A DNA stretch of 62,783 bases, counting the filler. It is 7 parts of 7 records of this genome, joined end to end, with 100 filler letters (N's around TTAATTAATTAA, not from the genome) between each part and the next. Parts side by side here need not be neighbours in the genome. Positions count along the whole stretch, not along the records: positions 1 to 18,938 come from SRR31147125_27652; positions 19,039 to 24,050 come from SRR31147125_27657; 5 more parts are not named here. The stretch is one strand, 5' to 3'. Below are positions 12,643 through 22,602 of the stretch, in pieces. Every line of letters starts with the position of its first letter. The stretch's first letter is position 1. Under the pieces are notes generated by a model. It made no database searches, had not been told where the DNA came from, and saw only the letters and a program-made list of their open reading frames with translations. The translations under genes were made by a program, and so were the position numbers.

Positions 12643-14161
12643 ACCCGGCTGGAATCTTGCTTCCGGCGTTTTTCAGGACCACCGGTTCGATTTCATCATA
12701 AGGAGTGAAATCGTCCCCGTGCTGCACATCAAGGTCAGCCTGCTGTTCAAGCAGCCACGCATGTATCGCAGAGTTTCTCGGATCGGTGAGATCGGCAACA
12801 GGAAACCATTCGTCAAGTTCAATCAAGTCCTGGGGGCTGAGATTGCCGACCGCCGCTTTCAGTTTCAGGCTGTTAAGAACATAACGGTATCGTGCCCGGG
12901 CGTAGTCAATACTGATAAGTGATACATCACGCTCTGCATCAAGAACATTGAGGCTCGTGTAGAGCCCCGATGTGAACCCTTCCTGCTTTGCTTCCAGGGC
13001 AAGCCGGTTCGCTTTGACCGATTGTTCCAGCGCTTCAATCTGACTCAACGCTGTCGTCACCCCAAGGAATGCGGAGCGAACCCTTCTGCTCACCCCCCTC
13101 TCCTGTCTGATCAGCTCCTGTCGGGCAGCGCTGAGCTGATAGCCGGCCTCCCTGACCCGGGAGCTGATCCCCCCCTGGTAAAAAGGCATCGTCAGGCGAA
13201 GACTGACATCGAATGTATCGAACTCACTGCCCCCGCCGTATAGTGAATCATCGGAGTCTTCATTGTTATACCGGCCCACGACGTTTACGCGGGGATAATG
13301 CCCCGACCGCTGCCTGCTGACCTCGTATTCGGCTACCTCCACCGCATGCTTGCGCATCTCAATGGCCGGGTTCTGGTCCAGCGCCGCCTGGGTCCAGCTT
13401 TCAAGGTCTATCGGCTCCGGCGGCAACAATTCGATTTCACTTCGCAGTGGATTGAGGTCTCCGGGAGGTTGTCCTGTCGCCTCCTCAAGAGCCTGTATCG
13501 CATCATCAAAAAGGTTTTCAGCCTCTATGACAACAGCCTGATTCGTCGCTGATCGGGCCTTTGCATCATAGAAGTCAGTGATAGGTACCAACCCGAGATC
13601 GAAGCGCTCGGTGGCCAACTCGAGGTGTTTTTCCACCGCTATATGCTCAGATTTAGCGTAATCAAGCTGATCTCTTGCGGCCAGTGCCTGAAGGTACAGA
13701 TCGGTGGTTCTGACAATCAATTCCTGCTGGGCGACGAGATATCCAGCTGCGGCCCAGAGACTCTCTTTCTCAGATTGGGGAATTCCGACGTAGAGACCAT
13801 AGTCAAAAATGGGCTGGGAGAGAACGAGACCATACGCAGTGGTACCATAGTCGGTCTTCCCTTCGGTGTAGACATCGTTATCGGTCTGCTCTACATCCTG
13901 GGAGGTATATGTGTAGCTCGCAGATCCGGCAAGGGTCGGTAATAACCGTGCGATTGCCTGTCTTTTCCCTTCATCTGTCGCCAGTTTCTGGAAATGAACA
14001 GCATTGAAAGCCGGGTCATTCTCCTCCGCCAGCAGATAGACATCATGTAAGCCTGCGGCACTACCGGAGGCTGCCGCACAAAACAAAGAACTAAAAGAAA
14101 GAAAATAACAGACCGAAGACCATACTATAGTCCCAAATGAACCTGTCTGCAGTTGCACCAT
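12500..14161 (-). CDS. TolC-family outer membrane protein (type I secretion)
   Basis: Signal-like N-terminus and two OEP repeats (QAIARLLPTL, LSQPIFD, SGHYPRV, LTMPFYQGG, VLDAERD). ATG at 14161 follows GGGGAGGA. Lies directly upstream of an RTX protein. Confidence 0.9.
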   Translation of the reverse strand: MVQLQTGSFGTIVWSSVCYFLSFSSLFCAAASGSAAGLHDVYLLAEENDPAFNAVHFQKLATDEGKRQAIARLLPTLAGSASYTYTSQDVEQTDNDVYTEGKTDYGTTAYGLVLSQPIFDYGLYVGIPQSEKESLWAAAGYLVAQQELIVRTTDLYLQALAARDQLDYAKSEHIAVEKHLELATERFDLGLVPITDFYDAKARSATNQAVVIEAENLFDDAIQALEEATGQPPGDLNPLRSEIELLPPEPIDLESWTQAALDQNPAIEMRKHAVEVAEYEVSRQRSGHYPRVNVVGRYNNEDSDDSLYGGGSEFDTFDVSLRLTMPFYQGGISSRVREAGYQLSAARQELIRQERGVSRRVRSAFLGVTTALSQIEALEQSVKANRLALEAKQEGFTSGLYTSLNVLDAERDVSLISIDYARARYRYVLNSLKLKAAVGNLSPQDLIELDEWFPVADLTDPRNSAIHAWLLEQQADLDVQHGDDFTPYDEIEPVVLKNAGSKIPAGYENEKQPVPTVSEKDDFVDNPGFSTEFTEFERAAPEHSRHACRYTDQ

Positions 14162-14643
14162 CGTTTGTCCTCCCCTTTTGATTTCGCTACCAAAGCGACA
14201 GACCAGGCAAAATTTCAAATAGATAAGAGGAGGAAAGAGGAGGAAAAAACCACCTACTCTGAGCGAAACACACCCCTCTCTATGATTTGAAAATCACCCA
14301 CATACACATCCTCCTGTTTCAGAATAACATACCAGGGGGATACAATAAACAGTTATAAAGGCTTCGCGCGTGCTGTGCTAGAAGGACAGAACAATTCTTC
14401 TTGATCTGAGAAAACAGGAGGGACGATTATTTACTATGATAGACCTGCATCAGGTAAAGGCTGAACGGCTATATTGAATCTGTTTGACTTAAAGGGGCTT
14501 TGAATAATTGTCTTGTAGCCCGAAATCGATGGAGGATGTGATTTTTTATATTCCCAATATATCAAGTATATATCTGCGGTCTGTGGACGTTTTCAACAGG
14601 TCCTTGGTGCTTGAGCCAAAATCTGAAGGGATACATGGATATT

Positions 14644-16278
14644 TCAAAGTTCCCTCATAACAAAGTTTTTTTGTTTTACGTGAAACTTCCAAGGCTCAGA
14701 CAACTCCTCTTTTCGTATCACAGTCCAGTAGCGTTGCTCCTCCACACTATCCGGAAAATCACTGCTGTAATGCAGGCCTCGGGACTCCTTCCGGTTCATC
14801 GCGGAGACCACAATCATCATTGAAATCTGAACCAGATTTCTCAACTCAAGCATATTCCGATTCAAACCGTGCTGGCGGTAGATCGATTCAACCTCCTTTG
14901 CTATCGTTATGAGCCGCTCTCTGGCCAAATCGAGTCGCCTGCTGTTCCGTACAATACCGACATAGTTCCACATCGTACGCCTGAGCACATCCCAGTTGTG
15001 TGAAATCAGGACGTGTTCATCGACGAACTTCTTGTGATCCCCATTTGCGCCCTGAACCTCCCCTTCCGACCAGTCTGATTCTATAGACGCCCGGTTATCC
15101 ATGCAGTAAGTAGCGGCTTTTTCAGCATAAACAACAGCCTCAAGCAGTGAATTGCTGGCCAGCCGATTCGCACCGTGCAGCCCCGTACAGGAGGCTTCAC
15201 CGATAGCCATCAGCCCATCAATAGAACTGTTCCCCCATGAATCAACGAGAATGCCACCACAGAGGTAGTGAGCAGCGGGCACTACCGGGATCGGCTCGGA
15301 TCTGATGTCAATACCAAAGGATCGGCACTGTTGATAAATGCCTGGAAACCGATCCTTAATAAAACTGGAATCCCGATGACTGATATCGAGATACACACAA
15401 TCCTCTCCGCTTTCCTTCATTTCCTGGTCAATCGACCGGGCTACCTTATCTCTCGTCGCCAATTCGAGCCGTTCATCATACTTTTCCATAAACCGCTCTC
15501 CCCGATGATTAACGAGAATCGCTCCCTCGCCCCGAACAGCTTCGGATATCAGGAAATTCTTGGCCTGGGGATGGTAGAGACAAGTGGGGTGAAACTGGAC
15601 AAACTCCATGTTCGCAAGTTCAGCCCCTGCCCGCGATGCCGCAGCAATACCGTCACCAGTCGATATATCCGGATTACTGGTGTACAGGTAGACCTTCCCT
15701 ATTCCCCCGGTACAAACGATCGTCCGGTGCGCCCGTATTCTTGTAAGTTTATCTGTATTATCGAGAATATACGCCCCACTACAACGAGTGCCATCAGGTG
15801 TATTGGAAGTGAGGAGATCGACCAGGAGATGGTCTTCATACAGACTAATTCGAGGATTCTCTTTCGCTCTCTCTAACAGTGTTTGTTCTATTGCTCGACC
15901 AGTCAGGTCGTATGAATGAGCCACTCTCCTGAAGGAGTGCCCCCCTTCCCTTCCTAGACTGAGTCCTGAGCCATTTGCCCCCTTAACAAAATCGACCCCA
16001 TACGAAATCAGATCCTGAACCCGATTAAACCCAGCCCCGACAACAGCTGACACCACCTCATAATCGCACAGACCAGCACCGGCTATCAGTGTGTCCTCCA
16101 CATGAGAATCGATAGAATCCTGTTCGAGATCCAAAACAGCAGCAATACCGCCCTGAGCAAGGTTTGTCGCACTGTCCGCGATCCCTTTCTTTGTAATGAT
16201 CGTTACATCAGCAAACTCCGCCATCCGGAGACCACACGACAAACCCGCGATACCACTACCAATTATTAAAATTTCCAT
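14644..16278 (-). CDS. nadB: L-aspartate oxidase
   Basis: IIGSGIAG FAD motif, AQGGIAA, EGGHS, EFVQFHPT, LISEAVRGEG, AAHYLCGG, GLHGANRLASNSLLE, ESRGLH. Start moved to ATG 16278 because the upstream 'MFHVEQ' is the parS palindrome read as codons. Confidence 0.95.
   Translation of the reverse strand: MEILIIGSGIAGLSCGLRMAEFADVTIITKKGIADSATNLAQGGIAAVLDLEQDSIDSHVEDTLIAGAGLCDYEVVSAVVGAGFNRVQDLISYGVDFVKGANGSGLSLGREGGHSFRRVAHSYDLTGRAIEQTLLERAKENPRISLYEDHLLVDLLTSNTPDGTRCSGAYILDNTDKLTRIRAHRTIVCTGGIGKVYLYTSNPDISTGDGIAAASRAGAELANMEFVQFHPTCLYHPQAKNFLISEAVRGEGAILVNHRGERFMEKYDERLELATRDKVARSIDQEMKESGEDCVYLDISHRDSSFIKDRFPGIYQQCRSFGIDIRSEPIPVVPAAHYLCGGILVDSWGNSSIDGLMAIGEASCTGLHGANRLASNSLLEAVVYAEKAATYCMDNRASIESDWSEGEVQGANGDHKKFVDEHVLISHNWDVLRRTMWNYVGIVRNSRRLDLARERLITIAKEVESIYRQHGLNRNMLELRNLVQISMMIVVSAMNRKESRGLHYSSDFPDSVEEQRYWTVIRKEELSEPWKFHVKQKNFVMREL
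14672..14687. promoter_or_regulatory. Degenerate parS site inside the 3' end of nadB
   Basis: TGTTTTACGTGAAACT, 14/16 match to TGTTTCACGTGAAACA; reads as ...FHVKQ in NadB. Confidence 0.6.
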
Positions 16279-16303
16279 AACAGACCGTATATCAGACCCC
16301 CAT

Positions 16304-16319
16304 TGTTCCACGTGGAACA
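16304..16319. promoter_or_regulatory. parS: parS centromere-like site (perfect palindrome)
   Basis: TGTTCCACGTGGAACA, a 16-bp perfect palindrome matching the chromosomal parS consensus, 116 nt upstream of parA. Confidence 0.92.
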
Positions 16320-16435
16320 CTACCGAAAACCATACTCAGTTGAAAATAGACCAAAACTCAAATAAATGTTGAGTGTGATTGTTTTACTGGTATATATAGA
16401 CTCTAGTCTACTTTTCACTATCAGGGTATACCACA

Positions 16436-17209
16436 ATGAACAAGAACTCAACCGTTATCGCTGTTGCGAACCAGAAGGGTGGCGTAGGAAAAACAACCAC
16501 CGCAGTCAACCTCTCCTGCGGTCTAGCCTTACGCAACAAGAAAACGCTGCTTGTGGATTCCGATCCGCAGGGGAACGCCTCCAGCGGAGTTGGAATCAAG
16601 TCTGCAATGCGCGACAACCATCTCTATCATGTATTGTGTGGAAGTAAATCTGCAGACACTTCCGTACAGGGGACCAGTATAAAAAAGTTGTTTGTACTTC
16701 CTTCAAATATCGATCTTGTGGCGGCTGAACTTGAACTTACCACGAAGAAGAATCGAGAGAAGTACCTCAAGAAAGCACTGAAGCCACTTTTCACCGATTA
16801 CGATTATATCATTATTGACTGTCCCCCTTCCCTGGGGTTGTTGACGGTCAATGCACTGACAGCTGCTCATTCTGTCCTTATTCCCATGCAGTGTGAATAT
16901 TACGCAATGGAGGGACTGGCGCAGCTGATAAACACCATCCGGTCTGTGAAACAATCCTTGAACAAACAGCTCTACATCGAAGGATTGCTGCTCACAATGT
17001 TCGACAAAAGAAATCGTTTATCTCACCAGGTGGCTGAGGAGATTTTTAATCATTTTGGGGATCAGACGTTTACAACCCGCATCCCGAGAAATGTTCGACT
17101 CAGTGAATGCCCGAGTCATGGGAAAACAATCATGGAGTATGATAACAAATCAACAGGAGCGCTTGCTTATCGGGCACTCGCTCGTGAATTTCTCAAGCGA
17201 CAGGAGTAA
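16436..17209 (+). CDS. parA: Chromosome partitioning ATPase ParA/Soj
   Basis: NQKGGVGKTTT deviant Walker A, DSDPQGNAS, IIDCPPSLG, PMQCEYYAMEG, IPRNVRLSECPSHG. Confidence 0.97.
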   Translation: MNKNSTVIAVANQKGGVGKTTTAVNLSCGLALRNKKTLLVDSDPQGNASSGVGIKSAMRDNHLYHVLCGSKSADTSVQGTSIKKLFVLPSNIDLVAAELELTTKKNREKYLKKALKPLFTDYDYIIIDCPPSLGLLTVNALTAAHSVLIPMQCEYYAMEGLAQLINTIRSVKQSLNKQLYIEGLLLTMFDKRNRLSHQVAEEIFNHFGDQTFTTRIPRNVRLSECPSHGKTIMEYDNKSTGALAYRALAREFLKRQE

Positions 17210-17212
17210 ATT

Positions 17213-18088
17213 GTGGCCAAAAACATCGGACTGGACGGGCAGGGGATCAGCGCACTATTTGGTGAAACAGAAAGTGAAGAGTCGTACTTTGAGTGCTCGA
17301 TTGCCCAGATTGTACCCAATAAATATCAACCCCGATTGATGTTCGACCAGGGAGAACTGGAAGAACTTGCGGACTCTATCCGGCAGAACGGAATCATTCA
17401 GCCACTGATTGTTTCCAGGGTCAGCAAGAAGAAGTTTAACCTGGTAGCTGGTGAGCGGCGTTTACGGGCCTCGAAACTAGCAGGCCTGAAAACCGTTCCG
17501 GTCGTTGTTCGAGATATATCCAGCGATGACGAGATGTTGGAATTTGCACTTATCGAAAACATCCAGAGAACCGACCTTAATGCGCTTGAAGAGGCAGAAG
17601 CATACAAAAAGCTTATCGATCGATTTGGTCTCACACAGGAAGAGGCTGCCCGGAAGGTCGGAAAAAAACGTTCAACGGTTGCCAACTCACTGAGGTTGTT
17701 GCAGCTCCCCGATTATATCAAGGACGATCTGCTTTCCGCTACATTGACGGAAGGGCATGCACGCGCATTGCTCGCACTGTTGTCCACACCTGCAACTCTG
17801 AAGGAAATTCGGGATCAGGTTATTTCCAAACAGCTTTCGGTCAGGCAGACAGAACAACTAATACGCTCGGCAACGAAACAGGCTCCACCGAAAAGTCAGC
17901 CGAAAAAAAAGGAGCTGGGATTTTCAAAATCGATCTGTAAATCATTTGAGAATCAGTTGACCAACAAACTCAGTTCTCAGGTTAGTATCAACCAGAACGG
18001 GAGCAGGGGAAAAATCGAGATTTCCTACTATTCGTACGATGACCTTGAAAGAATTATCGCGATGGTAGCCGAAAGTGAGACTATTTAA
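17213..18088 (+). CDS. parB: Chromosome partitioning protein ParB/Spo0J
   Basis: PNKYQPR, GIIQPLIV, VAGERRLRAS, ALIENIQRTDLN, HTH with KKRSTVANSLRLL, GHARALL; 3 nt after parA. Confidence 0.97.
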   Translation: MAKNIGLDGQGISALFGETESEESYFECSIAQIVPNKYQPRLMFDQGELEELADSIRQNGIIQPLIVSRVSKKKFNLVAGERRLRASKLAGLKTVPVVVRDISSDDEMLEFALIENIQRTDLNALEEAEAYKKLIDRFGLTQEEAARKVGKKRSTVANSLRLLQLPDYIKDDLLSATLTEGHARALLALLSTPATLKEIRDQVISKQLSVRQTEQLIRSATKQAPPKSQPKKKELGFSKSICKSFENQLTNKLSSQVSINQNGSRGKIEISYYSYDDLERIIAMVAESETI

Positions 18089-18115
18089 CAATCAACCGAA
18101 ACCGATACCAGTGTT

Positions 18116-18577
18116 ATGATCAGGAAAATCCTACTAGGCATACTATTCTTTGTTTTAATCACAACATCTTCAACCCTTGCACTGGCCAAAATGGTCAGCG
18201 TTGTTGGAGACAATGTAAATCTTCGATCGGGGCCAGGTACCAAATATTCAGTAAAGTGGAAATACGGTAGTGGTTTTCCTCTCAAAGTACTGAAAGAGCA
18301 AGCGGGCTGGATGAAAGTAGAAGATTTTGAGGGTGATACAGGCTGGCTGTACAAAAAACTCACCTCCAGATCCGGGCATATGATCGTCAAGGTTCACAAA
18401 AATCAGGATACTAAAATAAACATCAGGAGTGGTCCCGGAACCAGGTATAAAATAGTCGGCAAAGCATATTATGGTGTTGTCTTCAAAACCATTAAACAAC
18501 AGAATGGCTGGGCCCATATAAAACATGACAGCGGACTGGAAGGGTGGGTTAAGCGCTCACTGTTATGGGGTTTTTAG
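18116..18577 (+). CDS. Exported tandem bacterial SH3 (SH3b) domain protein
   Basis: Signal peptide, then two repeats: VNLRSGPGTKY...GW..V.D..G..GW and INIRSGPGTRY...GW..I.H..G..GW. Confidence 0.88.
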   Translation: MIRKILLGILFFVLITTSSTLALAKMVSVVGDNVNLRSGPGTKYSVKWKYGSGFPLKVLKEQAGWMKVEDFEGDTGWLYKKLTSRSGHMIVKVHKNQDTKINIRSGPGTRYKIVGKAYYGVVFKTIKQQNGWAHIKHDSGLEGWVKRSLLWGF

Positions 18578-18868
18578 TGATACCGTCCGACATGACCAAT
18601 TTTCACGGCAACACCTTTCAGGGTATCCGTACTGCGTTGCACTTACACGACGATCTCGATTAATTAAGGATACCTTTAAACCATCTGGTTCTGGTTAAAC
18701 AACAGGGTAACCCGGCAAACGACACGTATACTACTGATATTTAAGGGTTAATATACAACGCGTAACATTTTTGGTGCGACTTTTCAGGCCTGCAATTGAT
18801 TATTCATGTTTTCCCAGAAGGTTCCTTAAAGTTCAGAAGCAGCAGATAATTCAGATGAGTACCGGATC

Positions 18869-18902
18869 AAAAAAAGCCTGGCTGCAGCAAAGCAGCCAGG
18901 CT
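18869..18902 (-). terminator. Rho-independent terminator downstream of the tRNA
   Basis: AGCCTGGCTGC-agcaaa-GCAGCCAGGCT stem-loop with an A7 run on the left (U-tract on minus). Confidence 0.8.
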
Positions 18903-18909
18903 ATATGGA

Positions 18910-18938
18910 TGGCGGAGAGAGAGGGATTCGAACCCTCG
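18910..18938 (-). tRNA. 3' fragment of a tRNA, most likely tRNA-Ser, cut by the contig end
   Basis: Minus strand reads CGAGGGTTCGAATCCCTCTCTCTCCGCCA: T-arm, acceptor strand, G discriminator, CCA. The anticodon is not visible. Confidence 0.8.
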
Positions 18939-19038
18939 NNNNNNNNNNNNNNNNNNNNNNNNNNNNNNNNNNNNNNNNNNNNTTAATTAATTAANNNNNN
19001 NNNNNNNNNNNNNNNNNNNNNNNNNNNNNNNNNNNNNN
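18939..19038. other. Artificial contig spacer
   Basis: N44-TTAATTAATTAA-N44 (stops in all six frames). Confidence 0.99.
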
Positions 19039-19059
19039 AAAAAGTAAAATAGATATATC

Positions 19060-19806
19060 ATGTTACTCATTAAGAATTTACATGTTTCAATAAACGGAAA
19101 AGAGATCCTTAAAGGATTGAATTTAGAAATCAAAGCAGGTGAAGTACACGCTATCATGGGACCTAATGGTACTGGTAAGAGTACTTTAGCTTCAGTAATC
19201 TCCGGGAAGGAAGGTTATGAAGTAACTGCAGGTGAAATATATTATAAAGGAAAAGATATTCTGGATATGTCAATCGAAGACAGATCGAGAGAAGGTATTT
19301 TCCTTGGGTTCCAATATCCTGTTGAGATTCCTGGTGTTAGTATGACTAATTTCATGAGAACAGCAGTTAACGAACACCGAAAATATAAAGGACTTGATCC
19401 GATGCCAGCTCATGAGTTCCTTGCTAAGATGCAGGAAAAGAAGCAATTGGTTGAGATCAATGCTAAGATGGAAAACAGATCTGTGAATGAAGGTTTTTCA
19501 GGCGGTGAGAAGAAAAAGAATGAAATTTTCCAGATGGCTATGTTAGAGCCAAGTCTGGCTATTCTTGATGAAACGGATTCAGGATTGGATATCGATGCTT
19601 TAAGAATTGTAGCTAATGGTGTTAATGCATTAAAAAATGAAGAAAATGCAACACTTGTAATTACACACTATCAGCGTTTATTAGATTATATCGTTCCTGA
19701 TTTTGTACACGTGATGTATGAAGGTAAGATTGTAAAATCCGGTTCTAAAGAACTTGCTCTTGAGCTTGAAGAAAAAGGGTATGAGTGGTTGAAGAACCAT
19801 GCATAG
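19060..19806 (+). CDS. sufC: Fe-S cluster assembly ATPase SufC
   Basis: HAIMGPNGTGKST, FQYPVEIPGV, RSVNEGFSGGEKKKNE, LDETDSGLDIDAL, ITHYQRLLDY. Confidence 0.97.
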   Translation: MLLIKNLHVSINGKEILKGLNLEIKAGEVHAIMGPNGTGKSTLASVISGKEGYEVTAGEIYYKGKDILDMSIEDRSREGIFLGFQYPVEIPGVSMTNFMRTAVNEHRKYKGLDPMPAHEFLAKMQEKKQLVEINAKMENRSVNEGFSGGEKKKNEIFQMAMLEPSLAILDETDSGLDIDALRIVANGVNALKNEENATLVITHYQRLLDYIVPDFVHVMYEGKIVKSGSKELALELEEKGYEWLKNHA

Positions 19807-19843
19807 TCAGGTAACATGATGTTTAATCTTCAATCTTAGAAAC

Positions 19844-21256
19844 ATGGAAAAATTACAAAGAATAATAGATATACAAAATAAGGCCGTTTCATTATTTGAG
19901 AATGAGTTTGATAATTTTACTCAATATGATTCTCAAAGGGTGGCTGAACAACGTAAGGAGGCTATTGAGATATTTAAGACTCAGGGTTTTCCTACACAAG
20001 CGCTCGAATCTTGGAGAAACACCAAGCTTGCAAATAATCTGAATTATAATTTCCAGTTTCAGACTAAGTCACCTAATTCGGATGTGGATATTGATAAAGT
20101 ATTTCAATGTGAGATTCCACATTATGACACTCATCTGAACATGAATTATAATGGCTGGCATCTTGCAAAAGATACAAACCTGACAAAACTTGATAATGGA
20201 GTTGTTATGGGTTCTGTTGCTGTTGCCCGCAAAGAAATGCCTGAATTGTTCGAAAAGCATTATGGAAAATATGCAAATATTGAACAGGACGGGTTAGTGG
20301 CTATGAATACAGCTTTAGCTCAGGATGGTGTATTTATCTATATCCCGGATAATGTGGAAGTAGACAAAACAATCCAGATCGTTAATTTGATTAATCATCC
20401 TGATCATGTATTTCTTCAATTAAGAAACCTTGTAGTTCTAGGTAGAAATGCAAAGGCTACTTTGCTTCAATGTGATGATTCACTTAATCATGAAGCTGGA
20501 TTTATTAATAGTGTGACTGAGGTGTTTTTGGATGATGGAGCAAAACTTGATCATTACAAACTTCAGAATATAAATGATCATTCAGCCTTGATCAACACTA
20601 TTTATTTCCACCAATCAAAAGATTCTTCTCTGTCAACGAATTCCATCACTCTTAATGGTGGATTGATAAGAAATGATTCCTATGTGGCTCTTACTGGTCG
20701 TGGTGGAAGTGCTGATGTATATGGTGTTTATCTTATGGATAAAGAACAGCATGTAGATAATCAGGTGCATGTAGATCATCAGGTTCCTGATTGCTATAGT
20801 AATGAGTTGTTCAAAGGTATTATTGATGATAATGCTTCTGCTGCTTTTAATGGCTATGTTCATGTTCATAGAGATGCTCAGAGAACTCAGGCATTCCAGA
20901 ATAATAAAAATATAGCCCTTACTGATAAGGCGGTAATTAATACAAAACCATTCCTTGAAATCTATGCTGACGATGTTAAATGTAGTCATGGTGCTACAAT
21001 TGGACAGCTGGATGATGATGCTTTATTTTACATTAAATCAAGAGGGATTAGTGAGTATAATTCGAAGCTGTTATTGATGTATGCTTTTGCTGCGGAAGTA
21101 GTGAATACAATAAAAATTGAACCATTGAAAGTTCGTGTTGATGATCTTGTGAAAAAGAGATTGAGAGGTGAGTTGTCTGTTTGTGATCAATGTGTATTAC
21201 ATTGTTCAACAAAGGAGAATACGATTTCTTTTGAGATTGACATGAGTAAAATATAA
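19844..21256 (+). CDS. sufD: Fe-S cluster assembly protein SufD
   Basis: NTKPFLEIYADDVKCSHGATIGQLD...FYIKSRGI; between sufC and sufS. Confidence 0.95.
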   Translation: MEKLQRIIDIQNKAVSLFENEFDNFTQYDSQRVAEQRKEAIEIFKTQGFPTQALESWRNTKLANNLNYNFQFQTKSPNSDVDIDKVFQCEIPHYDTHLNMNYNGWHLAKDTNLTKLDNGVVMGSVAVARKEMPELFEKHYGKYANIEQDGLVAMNTALAQDGVFIYIPDNVEVDKTIQIVNLINHPDHVFLQLRNLVVLGRNAKATLLQCDDSLNHEAGFINSVTEVFLDDGAKLDHYKLQNINDHSALINTIYFHQSKDSSLSTNSITLNGGLIRNDSYVALTGRGGSADVYGVYLMDKEQHVDNQVHVDHQVPDCYSNELFKGIIDDNASAAFNGYVHVHRDAQRTQAFQNNKNIALTDKAVINTKPFLEIYADDVKCSHGATIGQLDDDALFYIKSRGISEYNSKLLLMYAFAAEVVNTIKIEPLKVRVDDLVKKRLRGELSVCDQCVLHCSTKENTISFEIDMSKI

Positions 21257-21260
21257 TAGA

Positions 21261-22493
21261 ATGAGTGAAATCAAAAAGACAGATTTGGAATCGGTAAGGG
21301 AAGATTTCCCAACCCTGAACCAGAAGGTTTATGATAAGCCGCTTATTTATCTGGATAATGCTGCTACAACACAAAAACCTCAGGTAGTAATTGATGCTCT
21401 GACGCGATACTATACTGAATATAATAGTAATATTCATAGAGGAGCGCATTATTTGAGTCAGGTTGCAACAGAAGCTTTTGAACAGACAAGAGAGCATATT
21501 AAGAGTTATATTAATGCAAATTCTACTGCTGAAGTTATATTTACCAGAGGAACAACCGAAGCTGTCAATCTTGTTGCTCATTCATTTTGTAAAGCCTTTC
21601 TTAAGGAGGGTGATGAAATCATTGTATCAAATCTTGAACACCATTCTAATATTGTTCCCTGGCAGATGGCCTGTGAAAATTATGGGGCAGTATTAAAGGT
21701 AATTCCTGTTAATGAGAAAGGAGAATTGATAATCGAAGAGTTTGAGCAACTTCTTTCTGAAAAAACCAGAATTGTTTCAGTGGCTCATGTATCAAATGCT
21801 CTTGGAACAATCAATCCAATTAAGAAGATAATTGAGATAGCTCATAAAAGGAATGTGGCTGTTATGATTGACGGTGCACAGGGGATATCCCATAGCAATG
21901 TTGATGTTCAGGAATTAGATTGTGATTTTTATGCATTCTCTGCTCATAAGTTATATGGACCTATGGGAGTAGGTGTGCTTTACGGAAAAGAAGAATGGCT
22001 TGATCAAATGCCTCCCTATCAAGGAGGAGGTGAAATGATAAAAGAAGTAAGCTTTAATGGAACAACATACAACGAATTACCATTCAAGTTTGAAGCAGGT
22101 ACTCCTAATGTTGGTGATGTTCTCGCTTTTAAAGCCGCTTTAGAATATTTAGAGTCTGTTGATTTTAATGCCTTAATACAAAAGGAGCAAGAGTTGTTGG
22201 AATATGCTACTGCTAAGCTCGAAGCTATTGAAGGACTCAGAATCATTGGTACTGCAGAAGAAAAAACCAGTGTGATTTCCTTTATTTTGGATGGAATTCA
22301 TCATTTTGATGCAGGTACTATCCTGGATAAATTGGGTATTGCTGTTAGAACGGGGCATCACTGTGCTCAACCTGTGATGGAAAGATTCGATATAGCCGGA
22401 ACGATCAGAGCTTCATTCTCTTTCTATAATACTAAGGAAGATGTTGATGTTCTTGTTAAAGGAATTGAGACTGTAAAACAGCTATTTGGATAA
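21261..22493 (+). CDS. sufS: Group II cysteine desulfurase SufS
   Basis: YLDNAATTQKP, NIHRGAH, EHHSNIVPW, SAHKLYGP, FEAGTP, VRTGHHCAQP. Confidence 0.97.
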   Translation: MSEIKKTDLESVREDFPTLNQKVYDKPLIYLDNAATTQKPQVVIDALTRYYTEYNSNIHRGAHYLSQVATEAFEQTREHIKSYINANSTAEVIFTRGTTEAVNLVAHSFCKAFLKEGDEIIVSNLEHHSNIVPWQMACENYGAVLKVIPVNEKGELIIEEFEQLLSEKTRIVSVAHVSNALGTINPIKKIIEIAHKRNVAVMIDGAQGISHSNVDVQELDCDFYAFSAHKLYGPMGVGVLYGKEEWLDQMPPYQGGGEMIKEVSFNGTTYNELPFKFEAGTPNVGDVLAFKAALEYLESVDFNALIQKEQELLEYATAKLEAIEGLRIIGTAEEKTSVISFILDGIHHFDAGTILDKLGIAVRTGHHCAQPVMERFDIAGTIRASFSFYNTKEDVDVLVKGIETVKQLFG

Positions 22494-22602
22494 TATATTT
22501 GATATAGCTCATATTTTTTTAAGTAAGATATCAATTCTGTAAATTTGCACGGTTTAAATGTTAAATTTGTTTATAGCAGAAGGATCTCCAAATAATAAGA
22601 TT

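Noticed and set aside
16279-16320. N-terminal extension MFHVEQW... of NadB
   Set aside because: It is the parS palindrome read as codons; homology starts at MEILIIGSG.
18983-18994. TTAATTAATTAA palindrome recurring six times
   Set aside because: Synthetic six-frame-stop linker between N-runs; not a biological repeat or CRISPR.
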